From a virus, in the IMG/VR virus record IMGVR_UViG_3300045988_102159, positions 78,631 to 142,630 of that record: a stretch of DNA of 64,000 nucleotides, one strand, 5' to 3'. Shown here in pieces: positions 46,595-53,625 of the stretch; within the stretch, counting starts at the first letter, position 1, and the number at the start of each line of letters is the position of its first letter. A program made the position numbers and the translations under genes. Below the pieces are notes generated by a model. That model saw only the letters and a list, made by a program, of their open reading frames with translations. It searched no databases and had not been told where the DNA came from.

Positions 46595-46894
46595 TTAGTA
46601 CCGAGGAATTCGTCCCTTGAACTTGCGCTCGCAGCATTTAATAAATTTGTCGCAATTTAAGTAAGAACATACAAAGTTATCTTCTTCATCGAAGATACCG
46701 TTATCACTATGGAATACATATACATCGTGCGGCTTCTCATACTCTTCCCAAGCATCCATATTGTAAGCAATATCATGTGCGAGGAAAAGCGCAATATCTG
46801 CATCGTCATCTAGAATAGGGATTACCTTCATTCCACGATAAGAATCAACGCCATCTTCAAACCAGTCCATCACAACAAAAAACATATTTACCAC
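46595..46894 (-). CDS. hypothetical protein
   Basis: 99-aa ORF. Confidence 0.55.
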   Translation of the reverse strand: MVNMFFVVMDWFEDGVDSYRGMKVIPILDDDADIALFLAHDIAYNMDAWEEYEKPHDVYVFHSDNGIFDEEDNFVCSYLNCDKFIKCCERKFKGRIPRY

Positions 46895-47193
46895 TCCACC
46901 ACTAAAACAAAGTTACCGTTGTCTGGTGTCACATAACAGTTATAACCTAAGCTATGATAATAAATTACAATACTGCGGCGAAATTCTACATCTTGCGCAC
47001 GTTCATCATCGCAAGGAAAAAGCTCGACCTTACAACGGAATTTCATGCGCTCTGCCGCAGCGACAATCTCTTCATTAATTTTATCTTCTAGCTCTTTTGG
47101 AATATCATACTCATATTTATATAGAGTATCATATACCATTGTGCGAGCATCGTTAGCAATCATAAAATACCTTTCTAAATCATTGCGCGACAA
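46888..47193 (-). CDS. hypothetical protein
   Basis: 101-aa ORF. Confidence 0.55.
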   Translation of the reverse strand: MSRNDLERYFMIANDARTMVYDTLYKYEYDIPKELEDKINEEIVAAAERMKFRCKVELFPCDDERAQDVEFRRSIVIYYHSLGYNCYVTPDNGNFVLVVEW

Positions 47194-47369
47194 GTTACAA
47201 CTGGGCTACCTTGCCAATCACGCATACAATCTCTATTAAACCAAGTATCACAAGGGCGATACTTAGGTTCAAACCAAGGACAATTAGGACAAGACGCCCG
47301 TAATGGTGTGATACTGCCTGTCTGCCGCATCCATGCACGGCATACGTCTCCATGAATACATGCAGCCAT
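47175..47369 (-). CDS. hypothetical Cys-rich small protein
   Basis: 64-aa ORF, coupled to its neighbours. Confidence 0.45.
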   Translation of the reverse strand: MAACIHGDVCRAWMRQTGSITPLRASCPNCPWFEPKYRPCDTWFNRDCMRDWQGSPVVTCRAMI

Positions 47370-47680
47370 TATTCATGCTCCTTACGATAACGCTCAACAT
47401 CTGCCGCAGTTGCTAAGAAATATTCATGCTCATGACCGGGCCAATTATACTCAACGAAGATACCCATCGAGCGCAGAATGGACTGCGCACCGCGAAGCTG
47501 CGTCTCATAACGCTCACGGCTCTCAGAGAAAGCCTTTAGCTCACGTTCAGATTTACTCTTTACAGAAGAGCTGATAATACTGCGTTCAATGTCTTTCGTG
47601 GTATTAAACCAGCTTAGAACGCTTTCCTGCTGGTCTTTTGTAAGATAATTATAATGTTCTGGATAATCAAATGTACACAT
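47369..47680 (-). CDS. hypothetical protein
   Basis: 103-aa ORF. Confidence 0.55.
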   Translation of the reverse strand: MCTFDYPEHYNYLTKDQQESVLSWFNTTKDIERSIISSSVKSKSERELKAFSESRERYETQLRGAQSILRSMGIFVEYNWPGHEHEYFLATAADVERYRKEHE

Positions 47681-47682
47681 AT

Positions 47683-47904
47683 TTACTCTTTCTCAACTAT
47701 AATTATAGACTCACTACCGAGTCTGTGTTCTATAATTGCATTATACCCAAGTTTCTGCAAGATTATACATATATCTTCACACTCTTTTTGTGGCATTTCA
47801 TATACGCAATATTCAAAGCCAATAGGTAAACCAATCTTTTCTAGCTCTTGGATAGCATCTAAAATCTGCTTAAAAACATATACGGTATCTTTTTCCATAT
47901 TCAC
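47683..47904 (-). CDS. hypothetical protein
   Basis: 73-aa ORF. Confidence 0.5.
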   Translation of the reverse strand: MNMEKDTVYVFKQILDAIQELEKIGLPIGFEYCVYEMPQKECEDICIILQKLGYNAIIEHRLGSESIIIVEKE

Positions 47905-48384
47905 CTACACAATCATATACTCGTCTACAAGACCTGCGGCCTTTGCGCGAGCAGGCATATAACGACCAGCCCACATGCGCTTAATAACATCCTCGGGGAC
48001 ACGCTCGACTCCACCACGCTTAGCATTTTGCGGCAAAGCAATATCAAGACCACGATTGAAGTATACAAGGATAATCTTATTGGCGTTCTTGCCGCAATTC
48101 TCAACGGTCTTGCAAAGCGACTTCCAAGAGATATGGGTAGCATCTGCGATAACGTTAATATCATTACAGAGATTGTCGTTAATCTGATTATAGAAGTCAC
48201 GGATAACATTCTTCTCATACTTAAAATAATCTATAGAGGGAAGAAAATCAGGGTCGTTTGCTATATAGGTGAAACGAATGTTGTCACGAGAAATAACCTT
48301 GGCATTGCAGTCGGTGTTATGCTCATGCGCCCAAGTGCTCTTGCCGCAAGCGGGACAGCCTGCGAGAATATAAAGGTTAGCCAT
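47905..48384 (-). CDS. P-loop kinase (polynucleotide-kinase-like / AAA_33-like)
   Basis: N-terminal LYILAGCPACGKST matches Walker A. 159 aa with a CCAAGAGAAGGAGAA leader. Confidence 0.55.
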   Translation of the reverse strand: MANLYILAGCPACGKSTWAHEHNTDCNAKVISRDNIRFTYIANDPDFLPSIDYFKYEKNVIRDFYNQINDNLCNDINVIADATHISWKSLCKTVENCGKNANKIILVYFNRGLDIALPQNAKRGGVERVPEDVIKRMWAGRYMPARAKAAGLVDEYMIV

Positions 48385-48416
48385 GTGATTCTCCTTCTCT
48401 TGGTTTCTTTAACTAT

Positions 48417-48446
48417 ATTATAGCATATCTTTTAACCAAAAGTCAA
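48417..48446 (-). promoter_or_regulatory. promoter TTGACT-N18-TATAAT
   Basis: Read directly on the minus strand. Confidence 0.6.
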
Positions 48447-48453
48447 GAAAAAA

Positions 48454-48726
48454 TTAAGCATAAAATTCATTGAAATCATTTAGCCAATCCAAGAGAGCCA
48501 AAGATGTAAGTGGAGCAATGTCCCATAACTGCTCAGCACAATAAATACTAGCATGAGAAGGATTCTTTTCCATAGCATTTACAACAAGCTCATGGAAAAC
48601 AGCGCGGTCAACCTTTTTAAGTTCATCTACAATCTTCTCAATATCTTTCTGCTGACTAAGATATACAATAAAATCAAGAATCATAGCAGTCATTTTGTTA
48701 AGATGCATACTACACCTTTCACTCAT
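48454..48726 (-). CDS. hypothetical protein
   Basis: Start trimmed to MSERCSMHL, overlapping the upstream stop. Confidence 0.5.
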   Translation of the reverse strand: MSERCSMHLNKMTAMILDFIVYLSQQKDIEKIVDELKKVDRAVFHELVVNAMEKNPSHASIYCAEQLWDIAPLTSLALLDWLNDFNEFYA

Positions 48727-49168
48727 ATTTCTGTCTCCAAAGTTCACGTGCGGCCATTCGTGCTTCACGGCATTCAGGCGAAGAATCATTCTTTCCTGTC
48801 TGCTGGAAAACATAATCTTCAATAAAATCATAATGATTTATACCATCGACATTTTTTACGAATTTAGGACAGCACGTAGGCCACCAAGCTCCAATTCTGC
48901 CAATCCTATAAAAACAAGAACCGAATTTCTCATGGCGTTTTCCTTTTGAAGTAACATCGCCTAACCAATGAACGCATTCACCGCATGTATGGTCAGAGTT
49001 TACATCACAAAACTGAAAACAAGATTCACCAATAACATCGTGCATCTGACCTTTGCAAACGCAAGGAAAGAAATCATGCCTTACACGATTATTGCGACCT
49101 TCACAATGCTGCGGACAATGGCTTAAACCCTTGCAAGAGATTTCATATTCTTCTTTAGTCAGACTCAT
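48719..49168 (-). CDS. Cys/His-rich protein
   Basis: Start trimmed to MSLTKEEYE (TGGAGAA RBS). About 18 Cys in 149 aa. Confidence 0.55.
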   Translation of the reverse strand: MSLTKEEYEISCKGLSHCPQHCEGRNNRVRHDFFPCVCKGQMHDVIGESCFQFCDVNSDHTCGECVHWLGDVTSKGKRHEKFGSCFYRIGRIGAWWPTCCPKFVKNVDGINHYDFIEDYVFQQTGKNDSSPECREARMAARELWRQKYE

Positions 49169-49355
49169 GTTTCTCCAATTTAGGATGAATTGCCCATTCA
49201 CCGCATCTATCTCCAGGCGCAGGCGATGGATGAACTGTATAGATATTATAATCTGTTGGGTCAATAATTACGTTAGGCGGGAAACGATAGCATGAGCAAT
49301 GTACATAAAATTTACATGTTTTGCATGTTCGGTCTATCTTTTTATTCATTACCAT
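49155..49355 (-). CDS. Cys-rich small protein
   Basis: 66 aa containing CKTCKFYVHCSC. Confidence 0.5.
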   Translation of the reverse strand: MVMNKKIDRTCKTCKFYVHCSCYRFPPNVIIDPTDYNIYTVHPSPAPGDRCGEWAIHPKLEKHESD

Positions 49356-49364
49356 TAACTTCCA

Positions 49365-49538
49365 TTAGAACTCAACAATCTCTGTTGCTTTATCTTCCGC
49401 ATCCATAAACCACTCTTCTTTTTGCTTAGAATATGGTGCAATAATGAATCCTCCTTGGCAATCCTCATGAGAAATAGATACACCATACTTGCGGCACAAG
49501 TCGCAAACTTCCTCTTTAAACTCAATAACAGGATTCAT
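49365..49538 (-). CDS. 57-aa protein (below ORF-track cutoff)
   Basis: Starts MNPVIEFKEEVCDLCRKYG... and is tightly packed between neighbouring genes. Confidence 0.45.
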   Translation of the reverse strand: MNPVIEFKEEVCDLCRKYGVSISHEDCQGGFIIAPYSKQKEEWFMDAEDKATEIVEF

Positions 49539-49540
49539 TA

Positions 49541-50056
49541 TTACTCTCCAGTCTCAATCTTCTTTATCTGAACATCGAGCCAAATGTCGTGGATATTGAC
49601 AGGAGTAAGGTTATTCGTGTCAACACCAACGTGATACGTCCAATCAACAATGCCCTTTGGAGCCGCATCATGGACATGACCGTACAGAATGATATTGGCA
49701 CTGTCTCCGCGCATTTCCTCGGGTCGCTCGTGAATCATAATGAAACTGACATCGTTGTAATCAATGCAAGATACCTTATTCTCAATAATCCAGCCGAGCT
49801 TTTCCATTTCAGCAATGCGCTTTTTGGTATCATGATTACCGGGAATTACATGAACCTTTCCATTGAGACGAGAACCATATTTAGCTACAGTCTCAAGCGG
49901 TCCCATGAAGCAATCACCAAGATGATAGACAGTATCATCAGGAGATACAACGGTATTCCAGTTTTTGACAATAGCTTCATTCATTTCTTCGACTGTATCA
50001 AACGGACGTGACTCTGGACAATACTTTATAATATTCTCATGACTAAAGTTAGTCAA
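49541..50056 (-). CDS. calcineurin-like metallophosphoesterase, main frame (lacks motif I)
   Basis: Motifs FSHENIIKYC..RPF, LGDCF, GNHD and GHVH. The ORF begins at TTG just after the position where motif I should be. Confidence 0.65.
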   Translation of the reverse strand: MTNFSHENIIKYCPESRPFDTVEEMNEAIVKNWNTVVSPDDTVYHLGDCFMGPLETVAKYGSRLNGKVHVIPGNHDTKKRIAEMEKLGWIIENKVSCIDYNDVSFIMIHERPEEMRGDSANIILYGHVHDAAPKGIVDWTYHVGVDTNNLTPVNIHDIWLDVQIKKIETGE

Positions 50057-50091
50057 TGCGAATCTGAGATAACCCAGATTGACATTGGCAT
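50053..50091 (-). CDS. 12-codon upstream frame MPMSIWVISDSH carrying the phosphoesterase motif I (D-x-H)
   Basis: TTGGAGGTGA RBS and ATG at 50091. It stops at a TGA that overlaps the TTG of the main frame, and is offset by -1. Confidence 0.5.
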   Translation of the reverse strand: MPMSIWVISDSH

Positions 50092-50104
50092 CACCTCCAA
50101 TGAA

Positions 50105-51100
50105 CTATACATAAGACCAAATATAGCCATATGCGGTATTTATTAATCCTCTAGCACAGTGTGCTATGCAAGTGCTATAAGAATTTTCTCTTTCGCCTGA
50201 TAAAAATTCCGCAGCATCAGCAACGCTATCGAATATACGTATCTGTTCTTTGGTATCTCTATCAATTTGAGCAACTTTTTTCTTTTTGCTATTTGCAATA
50301 AAGTCTTTATTAAAATTATCAAAAGAATCTACATAGCACCATCTATACCCATAAGCAGTTTTTTGTTTACCTCTACATACAGCAGAAATATTCATGCTTC
50401 TATCGCCGCCACCAACGCTATCTGCCGCTTCTTTTAAAGAATCAAATTTTTGTAAAATCTCACCGCTTGCTTTGTCAATTTTATAAACTTCTCGGCTGCT
50501 TATTTTAGAAGTTACTGCTTCTGCTGGAAGTATTGTAACATCATTTTGCCTGCAAGCCCTTTGGACAATAGTGCTTGCACATTTATACTTTCTACTTACT
50601 TCGTTTACATTCTGTATCTCTAGATATGCTTGCGCCAATTCTGAATAATCATACATTGGCTTTTTATGAACATCTATATTGTTTTCATGTAAAATTTTAG
50701 ACACTGTAAAAGCGGATACATCAACTTCTTTGCTAATATCTTTTATCGAATCATTTGTATTTATATACAAGTCCAATATTTGTTGTTTTTTCTCTTCGCT
50801 TAAAGGTGGTTTCCTAAAGGCGCTACCACCAATTGTCATGTTATATCCTTGATAATACGAATCATAAAAACTTATCCAGTATATTTCTCTATCATTTAAT
50901 TCTTCTTCTGGACATTCTTCAATTTCTTCAACAGAGAAACTATCTATACCATATTTTCTCATAGCTCTGTGAAGAGAATATTGACACCCTTTTATGGCAT
51001 CTCTTTTATGCTCGTTAAATCTTTTTTCTATTGTACCTATTGTTTGTCCAATATAAACTTTACCGTTTATATTATTTGTAATTTTATAAATGTAGCCCAA
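50105..51100 (-). CDS. GIY-YIG homing endonuclease (free-standing) with NUMOD/IENR-type repeats
   Basis: Reads GYIYKITNNINGKVYIGQT...RFNEH...YGYRW (twice). Confidence 0.8.
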   Translation of the reverse strand: MGYIYKITNNINGKVYIGQTIGTIEKRFNEHKRDAIKGCQYSLHRAMRKYGIDSFSVEEIEECPEEELNDREIYWISFYDSYYQGYNMTIGGSAFRKPPLSEEKKQQILDLYINTNDSIKDISKEVDVSAFTVSKILHENNIDVHKKPMYDYSELAQAYLEIQNVNEVSRKYKCASTIVQRACRQNDVTILPAEAVTSKISSREVYKIDKASGEILQKFDSLKEAADSVGGGDRSMNISAVCRGKQKTAYGYRWCYVDSFDNFNKDFIANSKKKKVAQIDRDTKEQIRIFDSVADAAEFLSGERENSYSTCIAHCARGLINTAYGYIWSYV

Positions 51101-51175
51101 TACTAACAGCTCCTATATTATATATAATATTTCGATTTCTTAAATATATTATAACATAATATATAGCCAATAGTC

Positions 51176-51207
51176 AATAAAAAAATAGGGACTCAAAAGA
51201 GTCCCTA
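51176..51207 (-). terminator. intrinsic terminator closing the tRNA/ncRNA array
   Basis: TAGGGACTC-aaaa-GAGTCCCTA followed by a T-run on the minus strand. Confidence 0.7.
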
Positions 51208-51222
51208 CAAAAATATCAATGT

Positions 51223-51300
51223 GTGCGGAAAAAGTTTATTCAGTATCGTGTGTTATAGAAAAAATTGGCTCTATGAAGTAACTGAATAATAATCACGCAC
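51223..51300 (-). ncRNA. structured RNA family member 1
   Basis: P1 is GTGCG/CGCAC and P2 is TTATTCAGT/ACTGAATAA. Conserved loops (plus-strand text) are GAAAAAGT, GAAGTA and TAATCA. Confidence 0.6.
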
Positions 51301-51356
51301 ATTTGCGCCTATATAGCTCGCACACTATATAGGCGAGAAAGGGGTTTACAAATAAT

Positions 51357-51434
51357 GGCAAGGAAAAATGTAAAGAGTGTTGGTGTGGTTGCATTCAAAT
51401 ATAAGACGAAGTAACTCTTTACTAATCACTTGCC
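51357..51434 (-). ncRNA. structured RNA family member 2
   Basis: P1 is GGCAAG/CTTGCC. P2 is AAAGAGT/ACTCTTT, a completely different sequence that still pairs. The loops are the same. Confidence 0.6.
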
Positions 51435-51446
51435 GCACAAGAGAAA

Positions 51447-51528
51447 GCGATACGGAAATAGGTGTTTCAGTTTGAGTAATCAGCTCAGATTGGAGATTTG
51501 AAGTATCTGAAACGTTATCACGTATCGC
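51447..51528 (-). ncRNA. structured RNA family member 3
   Basis: P1 is GCGATACG/CGTATCGC and P2 is GTTTCAG/CTGAAAC. Loops are GAAATAGGT, GAAGTA and GTTATCA. Confidence 0.6.
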
Positions 51529-51544
51529 CTACTTTAATAAAATA

Positions 51545-51648
51545 AATGCGGAAAAAGTTAAATCAGTAATGTGTACCGACACAGAACAGGAGTCGAACCT
51601 GCAAGCGCATTTTTCCAGAATGAAGTAACTGATTTATCATCACGCATT
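51545..51648 (-). ncRNA. structured RNA family member 4 (apical insert with T-arm-like GCAGGTTCGACTCCTGT)
   Basis: P1 is AATGCG/CGCATT and P2 is TAAATCAGT/ACTGATTTA. Confidence 0.6.
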
Positions 51649-51662
51649 ATAGTAAATAAGAT

Positions 51663-51741
51663 AAATACGGAAAAGTTAGATTCAGTATATAATATTAACA
51701 TACCAAAATTAATGAAGTAACTGAATCTTAATCACGCATTT
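51663..51741 (-). ncRNA. structured RNA family member 5
   Basis: P1 is AAATACG/CGCATTT, where the single mismatch becomes G.U on the minus strand. P2 is AGATTCAGT/ACTGAATCT. Confidence 0.6.
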
Positions 51742-51750
51742 TATAAACGT

Positions 51751-51835
51751 TGGTGCCGCATCTAGGTACCGCCCCTAGCCAGTCTAAGACAGAAGATTTA
51801 CAGTCTTCCCCTCGTCTTTAAAGGAATACTGCGGC
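51751..51835 (-). tRNA. tRNA-Tyr (GTA), class II, encoded CCA, non-canonical T-loop GGCGGTA
   Basis: Hand-folded. Acceptor is GCCGCA(G)/(A)TGCGGC. Anticodon arm is GAAGA-CTGTAAA-TCTTC. It has a long variable arm and a T-arm CTAGG-GGCGGTA-CCTAG. Confidence 0.65.
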
Positions 51836-51837
51836 AA

Positions 51838-51931
51838 TGGTACGCCGGGTCGGATTCGGACCGACATGCGGAATGATTACCGCCAAGGTCTTTTGAGGAC
51901 CCGCTCTCAAGGCCAATCGGAGTGCCGGCGC
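51838..51931 (-). tRNA. tRNA-Leu (CAA), class II, encoded CCA
   Basis: Hand-folded. Acceptor is GCGCCGG/CCGGCGT and the D-loop contains GG. Anticodon arm is GGGTC-CTCAAAA-GACCT. It has a long variable arm and a canonical T-arm GTCGG-TCCGAAT-CCGAC. Confidence 0.7.
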
Positions 51932-51935
51932 GTCT

Positions 51936-52385
51936 TTAATTTGTCTGTTTCTGAATTCCAAGCTGGTCAAAAAACTCGTCTGGAATAAACTTATCGTCCA
52001 AAGGCTGATAATCTTTCCAGACAATCAAAGGATACCAAGTCTTTGACCACTCGGTAAACTCAGCAAATTCATCATTATATCCAAAAGTAACAGCAAAACC
52101 GAACCAACTTGGCTTTACATGCGGAAAAGTCTTTTTGATAATTCCCTCGTTGTCAACAAAATCGCCGATACGACCGCAAATAGTACAAACGTTCCTATAA
52201 GCATAAGTCCATGTGCCAGCATACTTATCAAAGTAATTGATAACAATACTCTTACCATAAGTGTGCTTATGATTGGCTTTCTTCACTGTCTTTTTCTTTT
52301 TACGAGCTGGAGCATTGGCCGCATCATCGGGAATATAAGCATATTTAGTTGCCAACACTTCACCTTTATAGGGATACGAGGACAT
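51936..52385 (-). CDS. hypothetical protein
   Basis: Starts MSSYPYKGE with an AAAAGGAG RBS. 149 aa. Confidence 0.6.
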   Translation of the reverse strand: MSSYPYKGEVLATKYAYIPDDAANAPARKKKKTVKKANHKHTYGKSIVINYFDKYAGTWTYAYRNVCTICGRIGDFVDNEGIIKKTFPHVKPSWFGFAVTFGYNDEFAEFTEWSKTWYPLIVWKDYQPLDDKFIPDEFFDQLGIQKQTN

Positions 52386-52428
52386 CAAAGCTCCTTTTCT
52401 ACTTTTGGATAAGCCACACTTTGTTCTA

Positions 52429-52497
52429 TTGGAGCGGCAAGACTCGAACTTGCGACACGTTGAGTTAATAATATTCTACCAACTGAATTACACTCCA
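52429..52497 (-). ncRNA. tRNA-like element lacking an anticodon stem
   Basis: Acceptor is TGGAGTG/CGCTCCA. D-arm is ATTC-AGTTGGTA-GAAT and T-arm is GCAAG-TTCGAGT-CTTGC. The 19 nt in between cannot pair. Flanks extend the acceptor helix to ~14 bp. Confidence 0.45.
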
Positions 52498-52507
52498 ATA
52501 GAACGAA

Positions 52508-52663
52508 TTACTTAGACAAAAGGACATTATGAAGATAATCGTCAGCTTCTTCAAACGTATCAAAGCTCTTGATGATTTCAAAACGAGTAACAGAACAATC
52601 AGTATTGACACGAATTGAATAGATGCCGCAAGTCTTTTCACGACAGATAACGAACTTCTTCAT
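52508..52663 (-). CDS. 51-aa protein (below ORF-track cutoff)
   Basis: Starts MKKFVICREKTCGIYSIRV... with a CCAAGAGAAAGAAGGAAG leader and the promoter at 52693-52721. Confidence 0.5.
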   Translation of the reverse strand: MKKFVICREKTCGIYSIRVNTDCSVTRFEIIKSFDTFEEADDYLHNVLLSK

Positions 52664-52692
52664 AACTTCCTTCTTTCTCTTGGTTTATATAT

Positions 52693-52721
52693 ATTATATA
52701 ATAATATAAACCAGAAGTCAA
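52693..52721 (-). promoter_or_regulatory. promoter TTGACT-N17-TATAAT
   Basis: Read directly. Confidence 0.6.
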
Positions 52722-52726
52722 GAAAA

Positions 52727-52830
52727 AATATGCGGAAAAATTGAATTCAGTATATAAGTGCGGCGTACCGCAATCTTAAAATAAAATGCAAATATCTTCA
52801 TGAAGTAACTGAACCCTCGTCACGCATATT
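52727..52830 (-). ncRNA. structured RNA family member 6 (solitary copy)
   Basis: P1 is AATATGCG/CGCATATT. P2 forms 9 bp only as minus-strand RNA (GGGUUCAGU/ACUGAAUUC with two G.U pairs). Confidence 0.6.
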
Positions 52831-52840
52831 AAATTACTAA

Positions 52841-52981
52841 TTAAGAAAGAATGATACCCTGCTTTGCCTTGTTAATCTTGCGGCGAAGTTTGCGCATGAT
52901 GCCGACATTCTCTGAGTTCTTACCCTTACGATTGATAAGCATCTGATAACGCTGCTCCATCGTCTCGATTGACTGTGCCAT
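52841..52981 (-). CDS. 46-aa basic protein (below ORF-track cutoff)
   Basis: Reads MAQSIETMEQRYQMLINRKGKNSENVGIMRKLRRKINKAKQGIILS. It has a CCAAGAGAAAGG leader and the promoter at 53010-53039. Confidence 0.5.
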   Translation of the reverse strand: MAQSIETMEQRYQMLINRKGKNSENVGIMRKLRRKINKAKQGIILS

Positions 52982-53009
52982 ACTTTCTTACCTTTCTCTT
53001 GGTTTATAT

Positions 53010-53039
53010 ATTATATCAAATTATTTAACTGTTTGTCAA
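53010..53039 (-). promoter_or_regulatory. promoter TTGACA-N18-TATAAT
   Basis: Read directly. Confidence 0.6.
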
Positions 53040-53060
53040 ATAATTTTTTATAACAAAAAT

Positions 53061-53496
53061 TGGTCGCGTGGTGCCATTGACGCTATGGCTTAACAGAGCT
53101 TATGAGACTCCGTGAGATACTGACCTCCCACCCGCAGCTACAATAGTAGTTTTCACATCTGCCGAGGTTTGAAAACTACCAAAATATACCAGATTCCTCT
53201 TCCCCTAGGCGCTTCTTTTCAAGTATGAGCTGGCCGGATGCAGAGACGGCATATATAAAATCTTGCAAGCAAGATAATATAATCACGTGGACGGTTTCAA
53301 ATTGGGAAAACCGCCAACCCTTTAATCTATAATCCCTGCAAAAGATTATAGAAGTCGGGAGACATTTACCTTGCAGCGATAACCTCTCCCCAAGCATTGG
53401 ATATAACACAATCGCTAGGTACTATTCTTACCAATTAAAACTACGCCGTCCTTGTCGGACAGCGGTAGGAGTCGAACCTGCACTTTCACCATCACG
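53061..53496 (-). ncRNA. 436-nt structured RNA with tRNA-like ends (tmRNA-like architecture, identity unresolved)
   Basis: The 5' CGUG(A)UGGU pairs with the 3' ACCACGCG, which is followed by ACCA. A 3' T-arm GCCAU-AGCGUCA-AUGGC is present. The 5' GGUUCGACUCC resembles the tmRNA D-loop analog. There is at least one H-type pseudoknot and several 7-10-bp hairpins. Confidence 0.5.
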
Positions 53497-53509
53497 ATTT
53501 GTTAACTAT

Positions 53510-53538
53510 ATTATATAAAATTACTTGGCGTTTGTCAA
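53510..53538 (-). promoter_or_regulatory. promoter TTGACA-N17-TATAAT driving the 436-nt RNA
   Basis: -35 at 53533-53538 and -10 at 53510-53515. The RNA helix starts ~14 nt after the -10. Confidence 0.6.
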
Positions 53539-53556
53539 GTAATTTTTTTAACAGGC

Positions 53557-53625
53557 TGGCTCTTTCTGTGCTGCCCAGAAATTTTATGATTCAGAGTCAT
53601 ATGTTCTACTGTTGAACTAAGAGCC
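53557..53625 (-). tRNA. tRNA-Gln (CTG), non-canonical elbow
   Basis: Hand-folded. Acceptor is GGCTCTT/AAGAGCC. D-arm is GTTC-AACAGTA-GAAC, anticodon arm is TATGA-CTCTGAA-TCATA, and T-arm is TTCTG-GGCAGCA-CAGAA. No CCA is encoded. Confidence 0.55.

Noticed and set aside
50053-50058. TGA recoding (code 4/25) as an explanation for the split phosphoesterase.
   Set aside because: Reading through the TGA in the upstream frame hits TAA ten codons later, and the family motifs are in the -1 frame. Other genes in the window use TGA as a normal stop.
51223-51741. The structured RNA family read as degenerate tRNAs, hammerhead, HDV-like/theta or K-turn (C/D-box-like) RNAs.
   Set aside because: The two covarying helices are coaxially nested (5' end with 3' end, then next with next), which is not a cloverleaf or a nested double pseudoknot. 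There is no CUGANGA...GAAA core. UGAUGA occurs in only one copy, and there are no tandem G.A pairs.
53176-53409. A 77-aa minus-strand ORF inside the 436-nt RNA region.
   Set aside because: It has no Shine-Dalgarno sequence. It spans segments that form hairpins and a pseudoknot, and its composition is odd. The ncRNA interpretation is preferred, and the finding lists how to test it.
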